Assembly: GCA_023205875.1 (NCBI GenBank) | Contig: CP060756.1 | Span: 1 to 64,000, forward strand | Direction: 5' to 3' | Length of the DNA: 64,000 nucleotides | DNA from: Chloropicon primus | Taxonomy: Eukaryota | Shown: in pieces, positions 50,001 to 58,859 of the stretch | Numbering within the stretch: position 1 is the stretch's first letter | Layout: each line of letters opens with the position of its first letter | The notes under the pieces: generated by a model | Databases searched by the model: none | Told to the model about the DNA's origin: nothing | What the model saw: only the letters and a program-made list of their open reading frames with translations | Made by a program: the position numbers and the translations under genes

Positions 50001-53000
50001 TCTCTTCCGCGTACGAAGACATGATTCAGCTCTCAAGAACGATCCGTTCGTATGCCCTCCTGGCTTTACAGTGGCAAAGTTGGCAATCATCCGCGAGCGC
50101 AAAGGAGAGGAAGGAATTCATGAAAGAGACCGTCTTGTGCCTGGCACTCATCCTTTCGAGCGATCCTGGCAGTGCAGCTCAAAGGTCACAGAAAGTCCAG
50201 AAAATGGCGTGCTGGATTCTCAAAGAATTCATCTCTGCCGAAGTTTTCCAGGAAGACCCTGCGCTTGTCAGCCTCGTTAAAAATTCTATTCCCATGGGAT
50301 GCATGACGGGGCCCACGAGGAAGGCGTTGGAAAGCATTTCCGGGGAAGCTGGGCTTGACACTGAAAATTTGGAGGAAGAAGCAGAAGCGTACATGGACAT
50401 CCTTCAATCTGATTCTGCAGCTTATGTGCATGACCTTTTTGGCATATGCTCGGAAGCGATTGCCTGGACTGAGACAAACATAGACGACAAGAGCTTTGAC
50501 GACGAAGGGTTAAGTCTAATCCACTTGGCCCTTCTGGAAGGTTTTGCGTCGTTTCCAAGGGGTCCCAGAGACAATGACTCTCAGGATCCGAAGTGGCCAA
50601 CACTTGATATGTGCATAGCTCATCCTCTCAATTGTGGAGCGAACTTCAACATTGATGCAGATGAACGGGTGCTTGCAAATATATTGACTCTTGGCCCATT
50701 CGCAACGGGGAGCAGCTCTGACACTGAGGAAGGCGACGTGTTTTCTGAGGTATCAGAAATTGATGTCGTGGAAAGCGTGATAGTGGACGAAGAGGAGGAG
50801 GGCTTGAACGTGATCAGACTTGTCTTTCGGAACGTGCAGGGCTTGGAAACTGAGGACAGCGGGGATTCTAGTTCGACCGTATTGAACATTAGGATTGACG
50901 TTGGTGATGATGATGTATCTTTGCCCCCGGAGGAATCCACGACATTCACGGATAGCAGCTGCGAAGAGGAGAGACTGATCCTGAACAGTATTGCAGAAAA
51001 CTTAGTGAATGATGCCATCACGGAGGCTATTTCCCAAGCTCTTGTGGAAGGTGCAATTGCTCACGCGATATCAGCAGCAGCACAAGTACAAGAAACTGCT
51101 GAGCCTGTGCTTGATCAGGAGGACGTCAAGTCTTCTGATGTGGCGGAGGAAGAACCCGATACATCTTCAGCAGAGATTGCTGCAAAAGCTCTAGTTGAAG
51201 ATGCGATTGCTTATGCGATATCAGTAGCAGCAGTGATGGAAGAAGCTCAAGCTTCTGAGTTTGAACCTGTGTCTGTGTCTGTGTCTGAACCTGAGCAGGA
51301 GGACACCAAATCACCTGTTGTGGATGAGGAAGAACCCGATACATCCTCAGCAGAGATTGCTGTAAAGACACTGGTGGAAGGCGCAATTGCTCACGCGATA
51401 TCAGCGGCAGAACTGCACGAAGGTCAAGGTACTGAGCCTGAACCTGAGCCTGTGTCTGAACCTGAGCAGGAGGACACCAAATCACCTGTTGTGGATGAGG
51501 AAGAACCCGATACATCCTCAGCAGAGATTGCTGCAAAAGCACTAGTTGAAGGCGCAATTGCTCACGCGATATCAGCGGCAGAACTGCACGAAGGTCAAGG
51601 TACTGAGCCTGAACCTGAGCCTGTGTCTGAACCTGAGCAGGAGGACACCAAATCACCTGTTGTGGATGAGGAAGAACCCGATACATCCTCAGCAGAGATT
51701 GCTGCAAAAGCACTAGTTGAAGGCGCAATTGCTCACGCGATATCAGCGGCAGAACTGCAAGATTCTGAGCCCGTGCCTGACCCTGAGGAGGATGTCGTGT
51801 CTTCTGACCCCGAAGGAGAAGATGCTGCTGCACCCTCGTCGGAGCCACCTTCAGTTGAGGATATCCCAAAGACTCCAGTGGAAGAAGCTGAAACTGCTGA
51901 GCCTGAACCTGTGCTTGCCCCTCGGCAGGAGGATGTCAAGTCTTCTGATGTTGAAAGAGAAGACACTGCTGCACCCTCGTCGGAGCCATCTTCAGTTGAG
52001 GGTGTTCCAAAGACTCCAGTGGAAGATGACGCATCAGCAGCAGTAATGGTGCTGGAAGAAGCTGAAACTGCTGAGCCTGAACCTGTGTCTGTGTCTGAAC
52101 CTGTATTTGATCAGGAGGACGCCCAGCCTTCTGATGTGGATGAGGAAGAACCCGATACATCCTCAGCAGAGATTGCTGTAAAGACATTGGTGGAAGGCGC
52201 AATTGCTCACGCGATATCAGCAGCAGCACAAGTACAAGAAACTGCTGAGCCTGTGCTTGATCAGGAGGACGTCAAGTCTTCTGATGTGGCGGAGGAAGAA
52301 CCCGATACATCTTCAGCAGAGATTGCTGCAAAAGCTCTAGTTGAAGATGCGATTGCTTATGCGATATCAGTAGCAGCAGTGATGGAAGAAGCTCAAGCTT
52401 CTGAGTTTGAACCTGTGTCTGTGTCTGTGTCTGAACCTGAGCAGGAGGACACCAAATCACCTGTTGTGGATGAGGAAGAACCCGATACATCCTCAGCAGA
52501 GATTGCTGTAAAGACACTGGTGGAAGGCGCAATTGCTCACGCGATATCAGCGGCAGAACTGCAAGATTCTGAGCCTGTGCCTATGCTTGAACAGGAGGAG
52601 GAGAAATTGTCTAATGTGGAAGGAGATGCTGCTGCACCCTCATTGGAGCCACCTTCAGTTGAGGGTGTTTCAAAGACTCCAGTGGAAGATGACGCATCAG
52701 CAGCAGTAACGGTGCTGGAAGAAGCTGGAACTGCTGAGCCTGAACCTGTGCTTGAGCCTGAGCAGGACTACGTCGAGCCTTCTGATGTTGATGGAGATGC
52801 TGCTGCTGCATCGTCGTCGAAGCCACCGTCAGGACAGGAACCCATCGTTAAAGCTCTGGTGGAAGATGCAATTGCTCATGCCGTGTCTGCAGCTGTGCTG
52901 CAAGATGCAGCAGAGGCATCATTGCAACTCACTTCTGACGTGCCTGCGAAATCCGAGCATGGAACTGATAGCGGTGATATGGAACAAAAGGAGGCAAGGC

Positions 53001-56000
53001 AGGATGATGCAAAGCTCCCACCTAAATCACCTGAACGTGTTTCTGAGAAAAAGGAAGTTGATGAAAGGGCATCGCCGCCCTCTAAATCTTCTGGTGTGCT
53101 TCTTGAGACCACAAACAAGCCTGCTTCAGCTGGAGAGAGCATCTCTGATGATGGCGTTCGTGACGAGTCTGATTCTATGTCAGAGTCGAGTCCAAAGCAA
53201 AGAAACTATCAGAATCTGACTGAAGTAAGGAGCTCGCTCGAAGATATTCACATCATGACACAGGAGGCTAAAAGGAACCTGGAAAAAGAGGAAAGCGCCC
53301 GGGATGTGGCTAAGCAGAATGCTCAGCGGCCGTGGGAGACAGATTTGGCCCTATTCAAGGGTTTGAGCAAAAGCGGTGCAGAGCACCGACACGATGAGGC
53401 AGATGATGAAGTTGTGAAAAAACCTGCAACAAGAAGAGAGGCGCGCCGGAAGAAAACACGGAAAGCAAAGGCACCGCAGGCGGGCAGCAAAAGGGAAGTC
53501 GTCGAGCGTAAAATTGCCACCACACAGACGGAGTCCAAGTCGCCTCAGCGTGTGGATCCCCAAGAAAGGGCTTCTGAAGAAAAGTCTCCCAAGGAAGTGA
53601 TTCTTCTGGAATTGAAGCGAATCAAGAAAGAGTACTTGAGTGCCATCAAACAGGCCCAACGAGCTCTGAAGACTCAAGACCCATCTATCAACAAGGTGCT
53701 TGCGAGTCAAGTCGAGACCTTGAAGGACTATGATGAGATTCTTGAGATGGCAACTGGTTCGGTGCCCGAACAAAGCGAGGACAAGAGCTATCCAGAGCCA
53801 GAGCTACGGAAACCTGCAGAGCCAGAAATCCCTTCAGCAACCCTGGCAACGAAAAAAGGTGTCATGGAGAGTGACGAGGAGAGTCCTTCCTCGCAAAGCC
53901 CTTCCTCAGACAGCCCTTCTTCAAGTGATGAGCAAGAAGAGGAGAGGAGGAGGAGAAGAAAGAGAGCTGCTGAGATGCTGAGGAAGATAGTCTCCAATTC
54001 TAGGAGTAGGAGGAAGAGCAAAGAAACTCTGGAGGCAAATCAAAAAATTGTGGAGGATGCTTCCACTTCTGAAGGTCCTGTAGTCACAGACTACAGAAAA
54101 GACATGCCTTTGAAGGAACAGACAGACAACCTCTTGGACCAAATGGGGAAGGCAGTTGAGCTTTCAAGTCAGACTACACTTCACCAGGGTGATGGGCGTG
54201 AAGATTCGCACACTGAGGATGCTGATGACAACCAGACTGCTGTGGCACCCTCCCAGGAAGAACTCGAAGCCCCCAAACTTGCACAACAAGGTCATGGAGG
54301 AGAAGAGGGGAAAGGTGAAGAAGATGAAAGCACAGATGTTGCTCGAGAACTTGACATCGAAACCCAGGAAGCGCGTCCGCTTCTTGGCATTCCCCTGGAA
54401 AGGGACCCTGCTTTTGATCTGTTTGCGCACTTTTTCGAACTCAAGTCTACTGACCCCACGAGACATCTGAGAGAAAAATTCAAGAGCTCCCCGCACACGA
54501 GATATGGATCGATCAAGAGAAACAACTTCAAGTCCTTTCTGTTCCAGCTCTCAGAATTTTGTGGCAGTGGGTTCTCGAAGAACGAGCTTCTGTACATCGA
54601 GTTGCTCTTTGATGCCGTGATAAGTGTGACTGGCAGAACCACGAGCAGGATGAGCGAGCCTCCAAGTTGGGAAATAGTTGAAGAAAGGTTTGTTCAGATC
54701 TCTTGGCATTACTACCAAGGAATCAGGCGGAAGGAGATGAATCTGGAATTCATGTTGGCTAGCACCAAAGAGCACGTCTCAGAGTGCAGTGAAGACGTCG
54801 AGGGGTCTCTCGCAAATGATTTGGGGCTCAGCGAGGTTTCTGAAATTCCTCTCTCGCAGCTTCCTGCTGTTCTGGCGGCCTTCTTTTCAAAGATCAGTAT
54901 GGACCTCAGTGTACGCGATGTGTGCTTGGTTTTCTGGGATTGCATGCATTCGAGACTGGCACGATCCGAGACGTTCGATCTGACCACTTTGATGGACCTA
55001 ATGCAGCCAGAATCCATGAGAAGAAAAGAGGTTCCACGCCTCGAGGTAACAAAGTCGCCCACTTCGGATGAAAATCTCCCAATTCTGGAGCCAGAACCTG
55101 CTGCCGAGCCACCACGGGAGGAGAAGGAGGAGGAGACACAGCCTGCTGCCGAGCCACCACGGGAGGAGAAGGAGGAGGAGACACAACCTGCTGCCGAGCC
55201 ACCACAGGAGGAGAAGGAGGGGGAGACACGAGGCGAGGTTGTCCGCGAACTCGGCGTTTCTTCGTTGGAAGTGAGCGATGAAGAGGAAACGACACACATT
55301 GAAGATGAAGGGCCCCAAGCGATTAAGGGCAGTCTCTCAGAAGCCCAAGACCAAACGCAGGCTCCTCCTCCAGCCAACGACGTGGAAGAGAGCCTCGGTG
55401 TGATTGAACCTGCGCGGGAGGACAGGCTTCCAGGAATTCCTGCATATGTTTCGGATGCTGTTGAGACTTGTTTGCAGGAGGCCAAAGCTGTGGACTTTGT
55501 TGAGTCTGAGCCAGTGTCAGCGTTGCCTGAAGTTCTGGAGAGGAAGGAGGAAGGAGGGGCAGCGAGGAGCGAGAGCGAGGAGAGTATGCCGGAGAGGGGA
55601 CCAGCCATATCTAGTGGCTCTTCCATGGACAAGATAAATCTCAACGAGATTCTTCTGGACATCAAGGGTGGTGAGGAGAATTGGCTGAAAGTTTCAAAGG
55701 CTCCCCCCTCCTCTGGTGCATCCTATGGCTCCCATGCCTTTGCCGACTTCTTTGATGTCCAGAGCATAAGCATGAGCGACTTCCAGCAGTCGTCCCCTCG
55801 GGAAGTCTTGCATCTGCAGGCGTTGGACCCGGAACCTGGCCGGCGCAAGACGACGATGGCGCGCAAGAACATGCTTGTGCCCGCAAGCAACGTCGAGCTC
55901 GAGGAGCTCTTTGCGGAGATGGATGAGATGGAGCGAAAGGAGGAGAGCCTTCCCAAGCGGAAGACAAAGGCGGAGAAGAAACTGGAGAAGGAGACAAGGT

Positions 56001-56350
56001 CCGCCCTGTCAAAGCTGAAGACCAAGCAGAACGCCAGGAGAGAAAGGGTGAAGCAGGAGCTGAAGGCAGAGAGGAAGAGATACGCGGAGGCGGAGAAGAG
56101 GGCCAAGGAGAACGTCCTTAAATATGCCAAGCTGAGGCAACAGAACTACGAGTCCATCTTGGCAGACGTCCAGACGGCCCTGGTGGAGGCCGAGGTCGCC
56201 GCCTACACGCTGGAGACGGAGAACGAGGAGCTCCACGACTTCCTGGAGGAGATGAGCAGCGAGCAGAACGAGAGTCACACCAAGTACATCTCAAAGCTTC
56301 AGGACCACCTCTCTCTCGTCGAGGCCCAGATTGGTGCAGCGGCTGAGTAG
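47003..56350 (+). CDS. Giant 3115-aa protein, CPLANE1/JBTS17-like N-terminal region, acidic tandem repeats, C-terminal coiled coil
   Basis: Uninterrupted 9.3-kb ORF. Beta-propeller-like N-terminus (LRVSAAGDAV..LWLW, DARGSLFAVAV, TLCRGGLFCVFDDRGRLL), helical region (YLGHWRRAVCL) and size recall CPLANE1, by memory only. The ORF is secure, the identity tentative and the start uncertain. Confidence 0.6.
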   Translation: MEKEKEKEKEKGEVVVVRGTEATRASSSSSSSSPPRMVRVTDWKRIAVEAEDPASLVGLRGICATTRHGLGTLFLSTQRSGAARNALQGRLPPGGDRSDAFLVVRNAANSTGLVPLGLKGHDASSTSTSSSSSSSSVPVAWFLNRRKRGAKTSTQVRASDSRDGSTAHVAVASDNKRRCEVYDVAELSSASPRPSVTLPAPFPSKGFRWKTLRVSAAGDAVCALCLDDRASSSEPSPSPSLWLWTRYSGQWNRVDVAQPVDDDGTNRVSLAFAEGRNKFVALSCRVSPAAASPLLLERTEVDLKPSLDLTGPRNLAGGSMGRTSRAEVDLPRGFAPASKVQALDARGSLFAVAVSCERDFAVLVLDEGLGTRGVGLPPPSLASDLLVVAVTVFDLPSASTVGVATLCRGGLFCVFDDRGRLLRVLQTQPCMTTGSTPPSLAPLHFGGQQYIACAANDGEVRVLGVQSGDPGTDEEDDDWEAEVEEDLEAEEEERRKGSKAAEEVYFDFLESLLTVSSYGKPFDTLLGDFEGVLTTLGSKLGPRLVLNSLHDMILTLCEEEEHLASLWLLEAAEGLGNREERDWSRGLTSLDWLNLWQILANSVFESLEQRGDGEGARDGGFYHEVASALWKRLASSGFDSLAKSQFDAANDGVFGGQGDLAGMILDADRAFVHGDLHKSLALYREAGAEASLSHIACCIHSDMAEECLEATYSLLCVGEEGGIMPPGLSQGELRSMKAEACSELGRLLIEAHRPSQNDAAGGVTFPSPLSWSTRGGHGHEGTTCRRLSLDWNKLRESLKKGRAASPSLALGLFLHSLQASKVSMLVDASLLWDYLGHWRRAVCLLKACGRVFKSYGKDKAAEHIGRETVLYLKSKLEGKLGDLDVLLDGNSLGEFDSIFRTFLLLPESATKSETFGVLMKKLQASVNKEIAKSLSVIDLRSLQGLGETCTRLYKLVGALCSVLVSISRPVYSLEDLSYGENGVLQVSGATNVGDECYESLSSAYEDMIQLSRTIRSYALLALQWQSWQSSASAKERKEFMKETVLCLALILSSDPGSAAQRSQKVQKMACWILKEFISAEVFQEDPALVSLVKNSIPMGCMTGPTRKALESISGEAGLDTENLEEEAEAYMDILQSDSAAYVHDLFGICSEAIAWTETNIDDKSFDDEGLSLIHLALLEGFASFPRGPRDNDSQDPKWPTLDMCIAHPLNCGANFNIDADERVLANILTLGPFATGSSSDTEEGDVFSEVSEIDVVESVIVDEEEEGLNVIRLVFRNVQGLETEDSGDSSSTVLNIRIDVGDDDVSLPPEESTTFTDSSCEEERLILNSIAENLVNDAITEAISQALVEGAIAHAISAAAQVQETAEPVLDQEDVKSSDVAEEEPDTSSAEIAAKALVEDAIAYAISVAAVMEEAQASEFEPVSVSVSEPEQEDTKSPVVDEEEPDTSSAEIAVKTLVEGAIAHAISAAELHEGQGTEPEPEPVSEPEQEDTKSPVVDEEEPDTSSAEIAAKALVEGAIAHAISAAELHEGQGTEPEPEPVSEPEQEDTKSPVVDEEEPDTSSAEIAAKALVEGAIAHAISAAELQDSEPVPDPEEDVVSSDPEGEDAAAPSSEPPSVEDIPKTPVEEAETAEPEPVLAPRQEDVKSSDVEREDTAAPSSEPSSVEGVPKTPVEDDASAAVMVLEEAETAEPEPVSVSEPVFDQEDAQPSDVDEEEPDTSSAEIAVKTLVEGAIAHAISAAAQVQETAEPVLDQEDVKSSDVAEEEPDTSSAEIAAKALVEDAIAYAISVAAVMEEAQASEFEPVSVSVSEPEQEDTKSPVVDEEEPDTSSAEIAVKTLVEGAIAHAISAAELQDSEPVPMLEQEEEKLSNVEGDAAAPSLEPPSVEGVSKTPVEDDASAAVTVLEEAGTAEPEPVLEPEQDYVEPSDVDGDAAAASSSKPPSGQEPIVKALVEDAIAHAVSAAVLQDAAEASLQLTSDVPAKSEHGTDSGDMEQKEARQDDAKLPPKSPERVSEKKEVDERASPPSKSSGVLLETTNKPASAGESISDDGVRDESDSMSESSPKQRNYQNLTEVRSSLEDIHIMTQEAKRNLEKEESARDVAKQNAQRPWETDLALFKGLSKSGAEHRHDEADDEVVKKPATRREARRKKTRKAKAPQAGSKREVVERKIATTQTESKSPQRVDPQERASEEKSPKEVILLELKRIKKEYLSAIKQAQRALKTQDPSINKVLASQVETLKDYDEILEMATGSVPEQSEDKSYPEPELRKPAEPEIPSATLATKKGVMESDEESPSSQSPSSDSPSSSDEQEEERRRRRKRAAEMLRKIVSNSRSRRKSKETLEANQKIVEDASTSEGPVVTDYRKDMPLKEQTDNLLDQMGKAVELSSQTTLHQGDGREDSHTEDADDNQTAVAPSQEELEAPKLAQQGHGGEEGKGEEDESTDVARELDIETQEARPLLGIPLERDPAFDLFAHFFELKSTDPTRHLREKFKSSPHTRYGSIKRNNFKSFLFQLSEFCGSGFSKNELLYIELLFDAVISVTGRTTSRMSEPPSWEIVEERFVQISWHYYQGIRRKEMNLEFMLASTKEHVSECSEDVEGSLANDLGLSEVSEIPLSQLPAVLAAFFSKISMDLSVRDVCLVFWDCMHSRLARSETFDLTTLMDLMQPESMRRKEVPRLEVTKSPTSDENLPILEPEPAAEPPREEKEEETQPAAEPPREEKEEETQPAAEPPQEEKEGETRGEVVRELGVSSLEVSDEEETTHIEDEGPQAIKGSLSEAQDQTQAPPPANDVEESLGVIEPAREDRLPGIPAYVSDAVETCLQEAKAVDFVESEPVSALPEVLERKEEGGAARSESEESMPERGPAISSGSSMDKINLNEILLDIKGGEENWLKVSKAPPSSGASYGSHAFADFFDVQSISMSDFQQSSPREVLHLQALDPEPGRRKTTMARKNMLVPASNVELEELFAEMDEMERKEESLPKRKTKAEKKLEKETRSALSKLKTKQNARRERVKQELKAERKRYAEAEKRAKENVLKYAKLRQQNYESILADVQTALVEAEVAAYTLETENEELHDFLEEMSSEQNESHTKYISKLQDHLSLVEAQIGAAAE
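51044..52890 (+). repeat. Intragenic repeat array: 171-bp tandem units and a 374-bp block duplicated at 1146-bp spacing
   Basis: GGACACCAAATCACCTG at 51301, 51472 and 51643; 51044-51417 nearly identical to 52190-52563. Confidence 0.92.
55097..55228 (+). repeat. 45-bp tandem repeat x3 (PAAEPPREEKEEETQ)
   Basis: CCTGCTGCCGAGCCACCAC at 55097, 55142 and 55187. Confidence 0.92.
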
Positions 56351-56472
56351 AGCAAGATTCCCAAATGAAGTGTATACTATTTATTATTTTTGCTTTGTAT
56401 TTTACAACAGTGGTACGTGAACGACACCGTGTTCTCTCAAGTTGTCCCGACGCCACCTCTCTCCCTTGCTCT

Positions 56473-56831
56473 TCAGGACACGAACTCCTGCGCTCTGAAG
56501 TCCTCCGACTCTCGCTTGAGTTCCTTCACCACAAGCGCCAGCGCCTCCGGGTTCACCCCGTTCTCGCACAAGGCCATCAGAATCGAAAGCGTCTCCTTGT
56601 CGAGCCCCGTGTCGAGCACTTGGGAAAGCTCGTACGCCACTACGCCCACGCAGCGGAGCGGGAGAAGAACACCACCCCCACCAACAACAACACCAACAAC
56701 AACGCAGAAAAACAAAAACAAGGACTCCCGTCAGTTTCCTCGCGTCGCGTCGCGTCGTTTTGTATCTTACCGTCCACGACGTCGTCCCTGGCTTTGGGCT
56801 CCCCCGTCGTTGTCGTCGTCGTCGTCCGCAT
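56473..56831 (-). CDS. MZT1: MOZART1/GIP gamma-tubulin complex protein; intron 56770-56640
   Basis: ARDDVVD|VAYELSQVLDTGLDKETLSILMALCENGVNPEALALVVKELKRE; phase-consistent GT-AG intron. Confidence 0.92.
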
Positions 56832-57136
56832 GGCTTCCTCCTCTGTCAGCGGAACGGAACTCGAAAAGGCTTCTTCGTTTTGGCGGGGAGCTTGTCGTGA
56901 TATTAGTGTACAAGGTGGGGCATTTTGAATCGGTGATCCCATGGAAAGAGAGCCAGGACCAGGACCAGGACCAGGACGAGACCACCTTGGCCAAGGGAGG
57001 AAGGATCCTGAAGTGGGGCTTGCTTTACCGGGGGGGCTTGGCTCAGCCTTTGGACGGGTTTGGACGGTAACACCAGTCAGGGATTGCTCCTGTTGTTCTT
57101 GTATTTTCTTTTGGGGGGGGGTATTGGTATTGAGCT

Positions 57137-57878
57137 ATGGGGGAGAGGCTTGTGGCTTGGAAGTCCAAGCCGTCCGAGTCCGTGGTGCAAACCATAAGGA
57201 GCTTGGCCAGGAAGACCATCATGCTGGTGCAGAGGCCGGGACCGACGTGCTTCGTCCTCCAGGAGGCAGGGAGCGAAGTCAAGACAAAAGTGTTGGTGGG
57301 TTCCAGGGTTACCTGCTCCACCTGCAAGGCCTCCCAAGACAACGTTTGCATTCACACGCTTTTCGTTATGCTCAAGGTCCTTGGGGTGCCCCCGAGTAAC
57401 CCCTTGGTTTGGCAGGGCTCTCTCCTCGACCGCGAGCTGGAGGAGCTCATCCAGTGCGGCAACCGGTTGGGTCAGAAGCCCAAGCCCAAGGGGGGGAAGG
57501 GGCAGCCTGATGCTGATGCCTTGAAGCGGAAGGGGAACGGCGTACAGCCCCGGAAGATCGATCCGGACGAGCGGTGCCCCATCTGCTTCGATCCTTTGGC
57601 CGAAGCGAGGGAGCAGGAGCTCCTGAGCTGCGAGTCGTGCGGCAACCACATCCACGGGCGGTGCATCTACGTGTGGGCAAGACACCAGGAGTCCGTAGAC
57701 AGGAAAGTGACTTGTCCTCTCTGCAGGGGCGACTGGGGCGAGGTCAAGTGGAGCCGGGAGTACGCGTGTGATAAGCGAGGGAAGCCGGTGGAACAAACGG
57801 CCAGGGACAGAAACAAAGACACACACTACGGGTCGTCCTGTGGGAAGTGCTCGAAGGCGCCTCTGCAGGTGGGTTACA

Positions 57879-57920
<42 letters not shown>

Positions 57921-58642
57921 CTGCCTCCGTCCAAAGAATAGAGCATTGGACTGACGCCCCTCTCGATTCGATTGGTGACACGCAGGGAAAGAGGTTCACG
58001 TGCGTCATCTGCAGGCACTTTGACTTGTGCGAGGAATGCTTCGAGGCTGGTGCGCACGCAGTCCACCCTTTCGTCGTGCAGAATGAGCCGGGATCCGAAC
58101 CAGAGTTCGCGCCCAGGGGGGACTCGGAGCTGGAAAACTTCGAGTTCAAAGCGTCCACTTCGTCCTCGTCCTCGGGAACGAGCAAGACCAACCGCGGCAA
58201 GGCGACTAGGCCCTTCAAGGAAAGGACAAGTGTGGAATGCAACGAAGGGAACCTGCAGCAGCAGCAAACGCCTGTCCAGAGGAGGACGCCCCAGAGGGCC
58301 GCCTCCGCAGGGAAGACCCAGGATCTCGGTGGGGATCCCCTTAGCTTGAGTCTGATGGCGGTGGGCACCTCGGTCAAGAGTGGCACCGGCGAGAACACGG
58401 GCGGGGGGAGATCGACTTTCCCTTGCTCTCACGCCAGCGTGATGAGGTCCGCGTCGACCTCCGCGACAGCCCGGCGGAGGCTCAGCCGCTCCATGACGAG
58501 GAGCAAGACTTTGGACAGAAAATCAAGGGCTCAGGACCACTTGGACGGTGGTTTGCAGCCCTCTGGCCTCGATCCTTTCGGCGGAACAGGCCTCTCCCTC
58601 GGCATACAGAAACTCACAGCAAAGGCGAGCGTGGCCCGGTAA
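57137..58642 (+). CDS. SWIM-RING-ZZ E3 ligase (ZSWIM2/MEX-like); intron 57869-57985
   Basis: GPTCFVL..CSTC..CIHTLFVMLKV (SWIM); CPICFD..CESCGNHIHGRC..CPLCR (RING); CGKC..LQ|GKRFTCVICRHFDLCEECF..HAVHPF (ZZ). Confidence 0.85.
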
Positions 58643-58859
58643 AAAGGGTATCAAACAAACGAAGCATTGCATTGCATTTGGTGTACATCATGATTCCAAA
58701 CTTTGAATCGATCTTTCCCTCCCCTTCCCTCCTCCCTCCCTCCTCGATCCGATCCTGTCCTCCATCGCCATCGCCATCGCCATCATCGCCATCATTTGTT
58801 GCTCTCAGTCCTTCAGTTCAGCGACGGAGGGAGAGCCAAGGAAGGAGAAGGAGACCGCG

